This document shows positions 1-9,300 of a stretch of 20,000 nt of DNA, in pieces. Both the position numbers and the translations under genes were made by a program. Position 1 is the first letter of the stretch. Each line of letters begins with the position of its first letter. The notes under the pieces are model-generated. The model saw only the letters and a program-made list of their open reading frames with translations, made no database searches and was not told the origin of the DNA. Source of the stretch: an uncultured virus (IMG/VR IMGVR_UViG_3300046675_000363) (Duplodnaviria > Heunggongvirae > Uroviricota > Caudoviricetes); the IMG/VR virus record IMGVR_UViG_3300046675_000363. One strand, given 5' to 3'.

Positions 1-942
1 CAAAGTTTCGACAACTTAGGTCAGATTCGTCTCGTTGGTGGAAATTACGGCGCTGGCATACGCAATGATGGCGCAAGCTGTTACCTCTTGCAGACTGCGG
101 TGAGCGATCAGTATGGGGCATTCAACAGCGCGCGTCCGTTTTCTTGGAACTTGTCCAACGGCACTGTGCAGATCGACGGCGGCGCTGCTGGAACTACATT
201 TGGCGGCCCCATAACTACAACAGGTCAAATATTCACTAGCGGCGGCATAATAGGCGCCGGTATTTACGCTTCTGGCGGTCAGATGACCGTACAATCTAGC
301 GGCGCGCCCGGCTTCATCAACCAGTGCGACAGTTCGGGCAACGGTGGGCAGTTCAGAAATTTAACGATACGCGGGCTTGATTCCGCCTATTCGGCACAAG
401 TCAATCTGAGCGCGATCACTGCTGCTTCTGCTCTTTTTACGTGCAACGGGGTAATAGACGCCATAAATGGTTTTCGGTGCCGCCTTGGCGCTCCTGGTGG
501 CGCGCTGGGATCGAACGTGTTCAGCTATTATTGGAACACCGACAACCATCTCTACGGCTCCGTGGACTCCACCAATCTGGGCTGGATCGCGTGGTCTTCC
601 GATTATCGCATCAAGCGGGACATTGCGCCGCTGCCGTCGATGTGGGAACAAGTCAAGGCGCTGAAGCCAATCAGTTATTTTCATAAGGATTGGACGCCTG
701 AATGGGCGGCGTCGAAAGAAAACGGCGATGCGCCCGATCCACTGTTCAGGGACGACGGCGTAGAGAACTGGGGCTTCGTCGCGCACGAGCTTCAAGAGAC
801 GCTAATCCAGAGCGCGGCGACCGGCGTCAAAGATGAAGCCGGTCTGGTGCAGGCGCCCAACCCGTGGACGGTGATCGCAACGCTGACCAAGGCGCTGCAA
901 GAGGCAATGGCGCGCATCGAGGCGCTGGAGGCAAGAGCATGA
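1..942 (+). CDS. Tail fibre protein, C-terminal part (5'-truncated by the window), with peptidase S74 intramolecular chaperone
   Basis: Frame is open from base 1. QIRLVGGNYGAGIRNDGASCYLLQT...GAFNSARPFSWNLSNG resembles the T4 gp34/gp37-type fibre motif. The C-terminus has the S74 signature SDYRIKRDI...LKPISY...GFVAHELQE and a terminal coiled coil LTKALQEAMARIEALE. Confidence 0.9.
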   Translation, partial: QSFDNLGQIRLVGGNYGAGIRNDGASCYLLQTAVSDQYGAFNSARPFSWNLSNGTVQIDGGAAGTTFGGPITTTGQIFTSGGIIGAGIYASGGQMTVQSSGAPGFINQCDSSGNGGQFRNLTIRGLDSAYSAQVNLSAITAASALFTCNGVIDAINGFRCRLGAPGGALGSNVFSYYWNTDNHLYGSVDSTNLGWIAWSSDYRIKRDIAPLPSMWEQVKALKPISYFHKDWTPEWAASKENGDAPDPLFRDDGVENWGFVAHELQETLIQSAATGVKDEAGLVQAPNPWTVIATLTKALQEAMARIEALEARA

Positions 943-1544
943 CAATTGACAGAGAGTTTTTCTTCAACACCGTCCGCGACGAACTGTTCAGCGGCGGGAT
1001 GGCGCAATCCCAGGTGGACGGCATGAACAATCTGCTCAACATTTGGGAGGCCGACTATGCCGCCGCCAATCCGCGCGACGGCAAGATGTGGCTGTCCTAC
1101 GGGCTGGCGACCGTTTACCACGAGAGCGCGCAGACCATGCAGCCGATCGAGGAGTACGGCAAGGGCGAGGGCCACAGCTATGCCGACCCGGATGGTCCCT
1201 ATGGCGAGTCTTATTACGGGCGCGGCCACGTTCAGTTGACGTGGTTCGAAAACTACGAGAAGGGCGAAAAGGTCTTCAAGGAAAAGTTCGATCGCAATGT
1301 CCCGATGGTCAAATATCCGCATCGCATGCTGGAGGAGGAAACCTCGGCGGTGATCCTGTTCGAAGGCATGATTGATGGCTGGTTCACCGGCGTCGGCCTG
1401 CCCGACTTCTTCAGCGCCGAAGAGGGCGAGGAAGATCCCTACAACGCCCGCAAGATCATCAACGGCCTCGACAAAGCTTCGACCATCGAGGGCTATTATT
1501 GGCAGTTCAAAGGCGCAATTCGAGATGCGGAAAGCAGTGTTTAA
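939..1544 (+). CDS. Endolysin, glycoside hydrolase family 19 (chitinase/lysozyme-like)
   Basis: The ATG at 939 overlaps the fibre stop (ATGA) and has GGAGG upstream. Motifs YGLATVYHES, YYGRGHVQLTW..NY and ARKIINGLD are typical of phage GH19 endolysins. Confidence 0.88.
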   Translation: MTIDREFFFNTVRDELFSGGMAQSQVDGMNNLLNIWEADYAAANPRDGKMWLSYGLATVYHESAQTMQPIEEYGKGEGHSYADPDGPYGESYYGRGHVQLTWFENYEKGEKVFKEKFDRNVPMVKYPHRMLEEETSAVILFEGMIDGWFTGVGLPDFFSAEEGEEDPYNARKIINGLDKASTIEGYYWQFKGAIRDAESSV

Positions 1545-1749
1545 TGGATCGGTCATCGTCGCCGTCCTGACTGCCGCAGCCAACGGCTCCATCGAGTGGC
1601 CGGGGGTTCTCGTCACGCCTGAACATATCGTGCAGATCCAGAAGGTGCTGTTCGCCGCCTTGAGCGTCTGGGCGGTTGCATTGCCTTTTATCTTGAAGGC
1701 GAGCAATGCTATTGATGATGCTGCCGCTCGAAAGGAGCCGCCGCTATGA
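1525..1749 (+). CDS. Putative holin (small membrane protein)
   Basis: About 74 aa, directly after the endolysin, with two hydrophobic segments (SVIVAVLTAAA; VLFAALSVWAVALPFIL) and a charged C-terminus. The stop overlaps the next ATG. The start could be GTG 1537. Confidence 0.55.
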   Translation: MRKAVFNGSVIVAVLTAAANGSIEWPGVLVTPEHIVQIQKVLFAALSVWAVALPFILKASNAIDDAAARKEPPL

Positions 1750-2531
1750 CGACAACCAATCCGCTCACCTATAGCGGCTACATCAGGTCCATCGCAGCCC
1801 TGGCCGTCATCCCAACAGAGATCGATGCTGCTTCAGGGCAGTACAAGTTTAGCGAACCGAACCTCGCGATCGTGACCCCGCAGATGTTGAGCTACGCGGA
1901 GTTGCGCATCCAGCGCGACCTCGACCTGGTGGCGGGCCAGACGCAATTGACCTACACCTTGACCAGCGGGGCCTCGCTGATGGTCGTCCCCAACGAAGAC
2001 ATGATCATCGTGCAGGACATATCTTTGAAAGGCGTCGACAGCAAGAAAACGACCGTTCTTACGCCGACCACGAGAGAGTTTCTCATGCTCGTGTACCCCG
2101 ACGCCACGGTAACAGGCGTCCCGAAATACTTCGCTCCCTATGTTGGAAATGTCGCGCCCGATTCAGCTTTGGCTGTCACCTACCGGATCGGCCCTGCGGC
2201 GGACCAAGGCTATGAGGCCACAGTCCTTGGCTCGGCCAGGATGCAGTCGCTGGCGCAGTTCGCCGCATCCGCGCCGAACGCCAATAATGTGACCTATGTT
2301 TCGACCTACCATCCCGATCTTTTGCTGATGGCGAGCATGGTCTTTCTCAGCGCGTATCAGCGCAATTTCAGTTCTTCTGGCTCCGATCCGCAGATGCCGA
2401 TTAATTACGAAACGCAGTACCAGACGCTGCTCAAGAGTTCGATGATGGAGGAGCTACGCAAACGGTTCCGCATGGTGCCTGGGGCGGCGGAAGCGGCGGC
2501 CCCGCCGGCGCCGCCGCCTGGGGGAGGCTGA
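1746..2531 (+). CDS. Head-tail adaptor (tail tubular protein A-like)
   Basis: 261 aa with AELRIQRDL, GVPKYF, IGPAADQGY, PDLLLMASM and YETQYQ, typical of podoviral adaptors. It lies directly upstream of the nozzle gene. Confidence 0.72.
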   Translation: MTTTNPLTYSGYIRSIAALAVIPTEIDAASGQYKFSEPNLAIVTPQMLSYAELRIQRDLDLVAGQTQLTYTLTSGASLMVVPNEDMIIVQDISLKGVDSKKTTVLTPTTREFLMLVYPDATVTGVPKYFAPYVGNVAPDSALAVTYRIGPAADQGYEATVLGSARMQSLAQFAASAPNANNVTYVSTYHPDLLLMASMVFLSAYQRNFSSSGSDPQMPINYETQYQTLLKSSMMEELRKRFRMVPGAAEAAAPPAPPPGGG

Positions 2532-2534
2532 TCC

Positions 2535-4706
2535 ATGCCGCATGCAACTCTCAAGATCGAACCCGGCGTCAACACTAACGAGACGCCTGTTCTCAACATG
2601 GCGGGCATCGCGGCCTGCAATTTGATCCGTTTCAAGTATGACCCGCACAATATGGGCTTGGTCGAGAAACTGGGCGGCTGGTCGAAATTTTACAGCGGCG
2701 CTTTCTCAAATGTCGTCCGCCACATCTATGCATGGCAGGAAATTGATAGCGACAAGTTTGCAGTCGTCGGGATGGAGGGCCTCGGTGGCGTCACGCTGCT
2801 GCCCGCCATTCCCAAGCTAGATCCTGTTACGGGCGCCAACACGGGTTTTTACGTAGCCGACGTCAACAACGTAAAAGACCTGACGCCTGTTTTCAGGCAC
2901 TCGAATTTGACGCCGCAGTTTCACACGACCATCAATTCTCCGCTGGTGGACATCAACGACACAACTCTCGTCGGCATCCACACCACTGATTCGGTCTACA
3001 TCGCGACCCACATCGCTGTCGGCGGCATTGTCTTGTTCGGTCAGTACGCCATCCAGAAAACGCTGTCCTTCACTGAGTTTCTGATCCAGTCCTCTACGCT
3101 CCTCGGCCTGCCCAATCCTGCGCTATCAACGGCGACCACGACGTCAGGCGCGCCAGGGTTGCCGATCTTCACTCCGATCGTGAGCAGCTACGAGGTGACG
3201 GTCACTCTGCCCAACCACGGCTATCAGGTTGGCGACGTGTTTCCCCTTCTTGTGCCAGTGACACTGGCCAGCACCGTCCTCCAAATTGGCGAGCACGAGG
3301 TTCGCGCTGTCGCTGACGCCAACAATTTCACCATCCTCGCGGATGATGTGTCTAGCTCCGCAACGCCAGTAACGCTGAACGGCGGCAACGTGCGCCTGAT
3401 CTACAACATTGGCGGCGTTCCCGCCAAGATCGTCAGCGGCTATGGCGCCGGCGGCTACGGCGAAGGCGGTTACGGCACTGGCGGCACGACTGTGGTTCCG
3501 ACGGGCGACGTCGTCAACGCTACCGACTGGGCCTTCGACAATTGGGGCAGCGTCCTGCTCGCCAGCCCTGAAAATCAGGTGGTCAATAATATTCCCACGT
3601 CGGGGATCTACCAGTGGACGCCTGACGTAGGCACGTCGGTTCTCGCGTTGATTGCGCAGGCGCCGCCCTGCAATGACGGCTTTTTCGTCGGCATGCCGCA
3701 GCGCCAGATCATCGCGTGGGGGTCGAGCTTCAGCGGCATTCCAGATCCGCTGCTGATCCGCTGGTGCGACGTCAACGACTACACGGCTTGGGCGGCGACG
3801 ATCACCAACCAGGCCGGCTCTTACCGCCTGCCGAAAGGCTCCAAGATCGTGGCCGGCATCCAGGGGCCGCAGCAGGGCATCATCTTCACCGACCTGGCCG
3901 TCTGGGCCATGCAGTATGTCGGCCAGCCTTACATCTATTCGTTTAACGAAATTGGCAACGGTTGCGGTCTGATCGGGCAGAAAGCGGCGACGTCGCTCAA
4001 CGGCACGATTTACTGGATGAGCCAGCGCCAGTTCTTCCAGCTTTCGGGCGGCGGCGTCGCGCCGATCCCCTGCCCCGTTTGGGACGTCGTCTTTCAAAAT
4101 ATCGATCGGCGCTATTATGACAAGATCCGCGTCGCGCCCAACTCGATGTTCAACGAGATCGCCTGGTATTATACGTCCAACAGTTCACCAGACGGCGAGA
4201 ACGACGCCTATATCAAGTTCAACTACCTGTTGAACACCTGGGACTATGGCTTGATGGCGCGCTCGGCCTGGATCAACCAGAGCGTCGTCGGGCCGCCGCT
4301 CGCTGCGGGCCGCAGTGTTTTCGACGGCAAGATCCGCCTGTACCAGCATGACATCGCCCTCGACGCCGATGGCCAGCCGATGGATTCGTGGTTCTCTACG
4401 GGCTATTTCTCCATGTCGGACGGAGACAGCAAAGTCTTTGTCGATGAAATATGGCCTGATTTTAAGTGGGGGCCTTACAACAATCCGAACCAGAACGCCG
4501 GCGTCAAACTGACCTTCACGGCCAAGGATTTTCCAAGCCAGCAGCCGCAGATGTCCAATGCGTTTACGTTCAAGGTTGATTCGACCTACGTCACGCCGCG
4601 CCTGCGCGGACGCTTGATGCAGGTCACGATAGGAAGCAATGACGTTGGATCGTTCTGGCGCGTGGGCGGCATGCGCTATCGGCTGGCCCCAGACGGGAAA
4701 TACTGA
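2535..4706 (+). CDS. Tail nozzle / DNA-stabilisation protein (tail tubular protein B or P22 gp10-like)
   Basis: 723 aa, beta-rich, with WAFDNWG, DPLLIRWCD...W.ATITNQAGS.RL, CGLIG, YWMS..QFF, PIPCPVWD.VF, FNEIAWYY and a terminal PRLRGR...WRVG..R...PDG. Size and position fit the call. Confidence 0.78.
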   Translation: MPHATLKIEPGVNTNETPVLNMAGIAACNLIRFKYDPHNMGLVEKLGGWSKFYSGAFSNVVRHIYAWQEIDSDKFAVVGMEGLGGVTLLPAIPKLDPVTGANTGFYVADVNNVKDLTPVFRHSNLTPQFHTTINSPLVDINDTTLVGIHTTDSVYIATHIAVGGIVLFGQYAIQKTLSFTEFLIQSSTLLGLPNPALSTATTTSGAPGLPIFTPIVSSYEVTVTLPNHGYQVGDVFPLLVPVTLASTVLQIGEHEVRAVADANNFTILADDVSSSATPVTLNGGNVRLIYNIGGVPAKIVSGYGAGGYGEGGYGTGGTTVVPTGDVVNATDWAFDNWGSVLLASPENQVVNNIPTSGIYQWTPDVGTSVLALIAQAPPCNDGFFVGMPQRQIIAWGSSFSGIPDPLLIRWCDVNDYTAWAATITNQAGSYRLPKGSKIVAGIQGPQQGIIFTDLAVWAMQYVGQPYIYSFNEIGNGCGLIGQKAATSLNGTIYWMSQRQFFQLSGGGVAPIPCPVWDVVFQNIDRRYYDKIRVAPNSMFNEIAWYYTSNSSPDGENDAYIKFNYLLNTWDYGLMARSAWINQSVVGPPLAAGRSVFDGKIRLYQHDIALDADGQPMDSWFSTGYFSMSDGDSKVFVDEIWPDFKWGPYNNPNQNAGVKLTFTAKDFPSQQPQMSNAFTFKVDSTYVTPRLRGRLMQVTIGSNDVGSFWRVGGMRYRLAPDGKY

Positions 4707-4708
4707 CG

Positions 4709-5119
4709 ATGACGGCTTCGCTCACAGACATCCTTTCCGCCGCCAAAAACATCGCCCAGGCGATCAATGACGCGGCGCGCGCTTATGTCGGCGTCCAGGG
4801 GTCGCAAATACAAGTGGCGATGGGCGCCAATTCGCAAGTTACGGTTGGGCCGGGGCGCATGGCCATGCTCAGTGTGATCACTGCTGGTAGCACCGTCGGA
4901 ACTATTCACGATTCCGCCACCATCACCAACGCTGCTCTCGCCAATCAGATTGCCGGCATTCCGATGACAGTCGGCATTTCTTTTGTCAATTTGCCGTTCA
5001 ACAACGGCCTCGCCATCAAGCCAGGCACGGGCCAGGTGGTGGCGGTCAGCTATTCGACAGGCGCCGCCGCCGGGGATCAGACCGTTTCCTCTGAAGGCAG
5101 ACGGGCGAAAGGACGCTGA
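4709..5119 (+). CDS. Small putative virion structural protein
   Basis: 136 aa, tightly packed between the nozzle gene and the next gene, with an N-terminal helix followed by a beta-rich domain. Function unknown. Confidence 0.65.
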   Translation: MTASLTDILSAAKNIAQAINDAARAYVGVQGSQIQVAMGANSQVTVGPGRMAMLSVITAGSTVGTIHDSATITNAALANQIAGIPMTVGISFVNLPFNNGLAIKPGTGQVVAVSYSTGAAAGDQTVSSEGRRAKGR

Positions 5120-5120
5120 C

Positions 5121-5813
5121 ATGCCACTGATCAAATCAGGGTCTAAGGAGGCCGTCAGCCAGAACATCAAAACGGAGATGGGCGCCGGCAAGCCGCAGAA
5201 GCAGGCGATTGCTATCGCCCTCGATGTCGCGCGGCGCGCGCGAGCGGAGGGCGGCGGCATGCCGACGCTCTCAAAACTAGGTTCGCCGCCTGATGTTCCA
5301 GAGACGGTTCACGCGCATCTGTCGGCCAAGGTCCACACCGGTCCGATCCACAGCGCGGTCGCAGGCCGCACCGACCACCTGCCCGTTCACGTTCCGAGCG
5401 GCAGCTATGTCATCCCTGCCGACATCGTGTCGGGCATGGGCGAAGGAAACACCAATGCCGGATTTAAGGTCATTAAACGAACTTTCGCGGGGCTTCCATA
5501 TGGCCCCAAGTCCGACCAGCCCTATGGACATAAGGGAGGCCCTTATGGAAGCGGATCGGCTCCGTATAACCAGGCAGGCGGCCCGTATGGCGAACCGCTT
5601 GTTGGCGACAGACATGCGCGCGGTGGCAAAACTGGATCCGATGTGAAGGTCGTCGTGGCGGGCGGCGAGTACACCTTGACGCCTGAAGAGGTGATGGCGG
5701 CGGGCGATGGCGATATCGATCGCGGCCACCGCGTCCTCGATGATTTCGTCAAACAGATGCGCGGCCACATCGTCAAGACGATGTCGAAGCTGCCTGGACC
5801 GAAGCGAGACTAG
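5121..5813 (+). CDS. Putative internal virion protein: MPLxKxxS..QKQAIAIAL leader plus two related alpha/beta domains linked by PYG repeats
   Basis: ATG at 5121 has AAAGGA upstream; the ORF-track start at 4983 overlaps the previous gene. Related segments are GRTDHLPVHVPSGSYVIPADIVSGMGEGNTNAGFKVI and GSDVKVVVAGGEYTLTPEEVMAAGDGDIDRGHRVL. Confidence 0.75.
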   Translation: MPLIKSGSKEAVSQNIKTEMGAGKPQKQAIAIALDVARRARAEGGGMPTLSKLGSPPDVPETVHAHLSAKVHTGPIHSAVAGRTDHLPVHVPSGSYVIPADIVSGMGEGNTNAGFKVIKRTFAGLPYGPKSDQPYGHKGGPYGSGSAPYNQAGGPYGEPLVGDRHARGGKTGSDVKVVVAGGEYTLTPEEVMAAGDGDIDRGHRVLDDFVKQMRGHIVKTMSKLPGPKRD

Positions 5814-5817
5814 GCAA

Positions 5818-6321
5818 ATGAGCGAGATACAAGTGAGATACGGCGTTCCAGCCGACGTGCATAATTTCATGGACCTGACGGCCATGTGCGCGGAAGAGAA
5901 CGGCCTGCTCGCGGTGAGCAGGAGGAAAGTGCTGGAGGAGGTATGGGCCAGCCTGAACTGGGACCACGGCGTGATCGGCGTGGTCGAGGGCGACAGCGGC
6001 ATCCTGGAGGCCGGCATCCTGCTCCGCGTGGACACGACGCCCTACAGCGTCGAGGAAGTCCTGTGCGAGCGCGCGATCTACGTGCGGCCAGAATTTCGTA
6101 AAGTGCAGCGCAGCCTCTATCAGGGCGGACGCGCCAGCTACCTATGCGAGTTCGCCAAGAACGCCGCCATGCGCCTCGAATTACCCCTTCTAATCAGTAT
6201 TTTGTCAACGCACCGCGCTGCTGGTAAGGTGAGACTTTACGAGCGGCATTTCGGAACGCCGGCGGGCGCCTATTGGCTTTGGAACGCGAAGACGGGCCAT
6301 AAGCAAGAAGCTGCGGAGTAG
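5818..6321 (+). CDS. GNAT-fold (acetyltransferase-like) virion assembly protein
   Basis: ATG at 5818, 4 nt after the previous stop. IQVRYGVPADV, IYVRPEFRK, LCEFAK..A and RLYERHFG follow the GNAT motif pattern. It precedes the ejection proteins, as T7 gp13 does. Confidence 0.7.
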   Translation: MSEIQVRYGVPADVHNFMDLTAMCAEENGLLAVSRRKVLEEVWASLNWDHGVIGVVEGDSGILEAGILLRVDTTPYSVEEVLCERAIYVRPEFRKVQRSLYQGGRASYLCEFAKNAAMRLELPLLISILSTHRAAGKVRLYERHFGTPAGAYWLWNAKTGHKQEAAE

Positions 6322-6326
6322 ACGTC

Positions 6327-9300
6327 ATGGGCGGCAAGACACAGCAGGCTTCCTCTCAGGTCACGATACCTCCGGAAGTTTTGGCGCGCTACAACGCGGT
6401 CAATGCGCAGGCGCAGCAGACTGCCGCCACGCCCTTCCAGCAATATTCGAGCGACCCGAACGCCTTCGTGGCGCCGCTGACGGCTGCGCAAAACATGGGC
6501 CTCCAGCAGACTGCGAACTACGCCAACGCCGCCCAGCCGGGCATCAATAGCGCGATGGACATGACGCAAGGAGCGATGGGATCGGCCAATCCGTGGGAAC
6601 TGACTGGCGACAAAATCCAGCAATACATGAACCCCTACACCCAGAACGTCACTGGCCAGATGACAAATCTGATGAACCAGCAGTTCGGGGCGCAGCAGTC
6701 GGGCCAGACTGGCAATGCGATCAAGAGCGGCGCTTTTGGCGGCGATCGCGCTGGCGTTGCGGCGGCGAATCTTTCCGGGCAGCAATCGCTGGCTTATGGC
6801 AACGCTATGGCGCCGGTGCTCCAGCAGGGCTACAACACGGCGCTCCAGACCGCCACCGGCCAGCAGGCGATCGATCTGCAGGCCCAGCAGGCCAACCTGG
6901 CGCGGCAAATGCAGGGCGCAAACCAGTACGGCCAGTTGGCCGGCATGGGTCAGCAATATGGCCTCGCCGGCGCGCAGGCTTTGATGGGCGCGGGCCAGGT
7001 CCAGCAGCAGACCCAGCAGGCCGGTCAAACGGCGCTCTACAACCAATTCCAGCAGCAGCAATCCTATCCGTTCCAGGTTGGACAGTATCTCGCCAATATC
7101 GCGGAAGGCACCGGTTCGCTGTCGGGCCAGACGTCGAACACCACGCAGCAAGCGCCGTTCTTCTCCGATCGCAAATTGAAGGAAAACATCAAGCGAATTG
7201 GCACCGCCAAGAACGGCCTGCCGATCCACAGCTTCAATTACAAGGACGATCCCGAAAAGCTGTCTCGCCTCGGCTTCATGGCTGACGAGGTCGAGAAGAA
7301 GCATCCGGAGGCGGTGGGCCTCGCCGGCGGCTACAAGACCGTCGACCACGAGCAGGCGATGAAGAGCGCCGGCGGCAGCGTCACTGACTTCGACCAGGGA
7401 CGAGCCTACGATCGCGGCGGATACGACCTCGGCGGCGCTCCCAGCACCTATGATCCATCCTGGCAGTCTGTCACCCAGCGGCACATGGCGGGGCTGCAGG
7501 GCCAGCCGCAGCAGGGCAGCAGCCTGTACGGCGGCAAGCGGCGCCACGTTCCGGAAGGATCGGGGGGTCGCTACAGCCTGCCGAATGCGCCGACCATGCC
7601 GGGGGCAAGGCCGTCAGGCTTGAGCCAGGCTGTTGGAACAGCGCAGGCGACTGTGGGCCTCGGCCAGTCGCTTGGTGACGCCTATGACAAATACACCGGC
7701 AAGGACAAGACTGCCGCGCCCGCCGCGCCCGCCGCGCCTGCCGCGCCTGTAGTGGCGGCGAAAGCGCCCGGTACGCCTGGCACACCCGATCAGCCCGACA
7801 TCATGAATTTGAGCCGTGGCGGTCTGGCTGGAGGCGGCGAGCCGCCCATGCCGGCTATCGCCGCCGCCTCGATGGCTGGAAGGCCGGCGGAAGGCGTACC
7901 CGACGTCACCAAAACAACGACTGCTTATGACGAGGGCCTCGCGAAAGCGCAGGATGCGCAAGTTCGCGCAAATGCGCTTCAAGACGCGGATCGCGCGCAG
8001 GCGTCAGCGGCTGGCATGTCGTTCAGGCCTGATTGGGATAACCCGATGCTGGCGCAGAGCGATCTGGCCCGCTCGATGGGCGTGTACAAGACGCTGAACG
8101 GCTACAATGATCCGACGCATGGCGGATCCTACCTTGGTTTCGATCGCGGCGGCTACGCGACAGACGGCGGCGTGAACAGCAGCGCGGATGTGCTCAAGAC
8201 CCCCGATCCGAACGCCACGCAAGACACGACCCAGATGAATATTCCGGACAAGGAGTCGCATTTCAAATTGCCCGACCCGCCCAAGCCGCCAGGCGGCGCT
8301 GGAAAGAGCGGAGCGGGCCAGGCTTTGGGTGCCGCCAAGTCGCTTATGGGCCTCGCTTCGCTCATTCCCGGCGTCGGCGCTGTCACCGGCCCGCTCGGCG
8401 CCGTAATGGGCGCAGGCGAGGCGCTGGCCGGCGCTGCCGGCGGCATGATGGTTGCGGGCGGTCGCCGCCGCAGGGGCAAGCGCAAGGGCCTGTCTGTCGG
8501 CGGTCAGGGCGAAGGCGTCGATTTCATGAGCAAGACGCGGCAGGTTGATCCTGAAATAGCGGACATTGCGGACTCGTGGAGCAGCCCTCATGACGATACT
8601 GGCAATCAGGGCGCTGGCTCCGATAACATGAGCGAATATGAGCAGGGGCGTAGGTCTGAGCATCAGGGTTCCGTCAATAACGAAACGGCGCCGCTGACCA
8701 CGAGCGCGAACACTGGTCTTGCTGGTCAGGGCGTGGATTACATGAGCCAAGAGCGGCAGGGGCGCGAGCCGGAACTCAGAAGCTCCGTCCACCCTGCCAT
8801 GTCGGCGTCGAATGCAACGCCTGAAGAACAAAATGCGTATCTTATGCAGCATGTCCCGCGTGAGCGTTTGCATGAAGTGATGACGCCTGCTGCCTTGGCA
8901 AAAGCGTATCCGCCCACGGAAGCGCCCGCGCGCGGAGAGCTATCTCCGACATGGAAACCCGCCGATGTGGTGATCCCCACTCCTGGCGGCGGCGAATCTC
9001 CGCTGGCAACCGATCTGGGCGGCACGTCGCGCCCGCTTCAGCATGGGGCCGAGCCGATTGCTGACGTCGATGCCGGCGGCGCTCCTACGGTGGGCCTCGC
9101 CGCTGGCGAGCGCGGATCTGGTTTTGCCGAGAAGCCTAACCTTGGAAGCGCGGAATTTCCCACTGCGGCGTTTCCCAACGCCACCGCAACGCCTGAAGAA
9201 GCCGCCGCTGCGCTCAGAGAAGCCACCTCGCCTGAAGGACGGGCGCACACGCAAGCAGTGCTGGCGAAGAGGGTTGCCGATCTTCAGGCGACCAGGGAAG

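Noticed and set aside
1..942. Diversity-generating retroelement or invertible tail-fibre cassette
   Set aside because: I saw no template/variable repeat pair, reverse transcriptase or invertase in the window.
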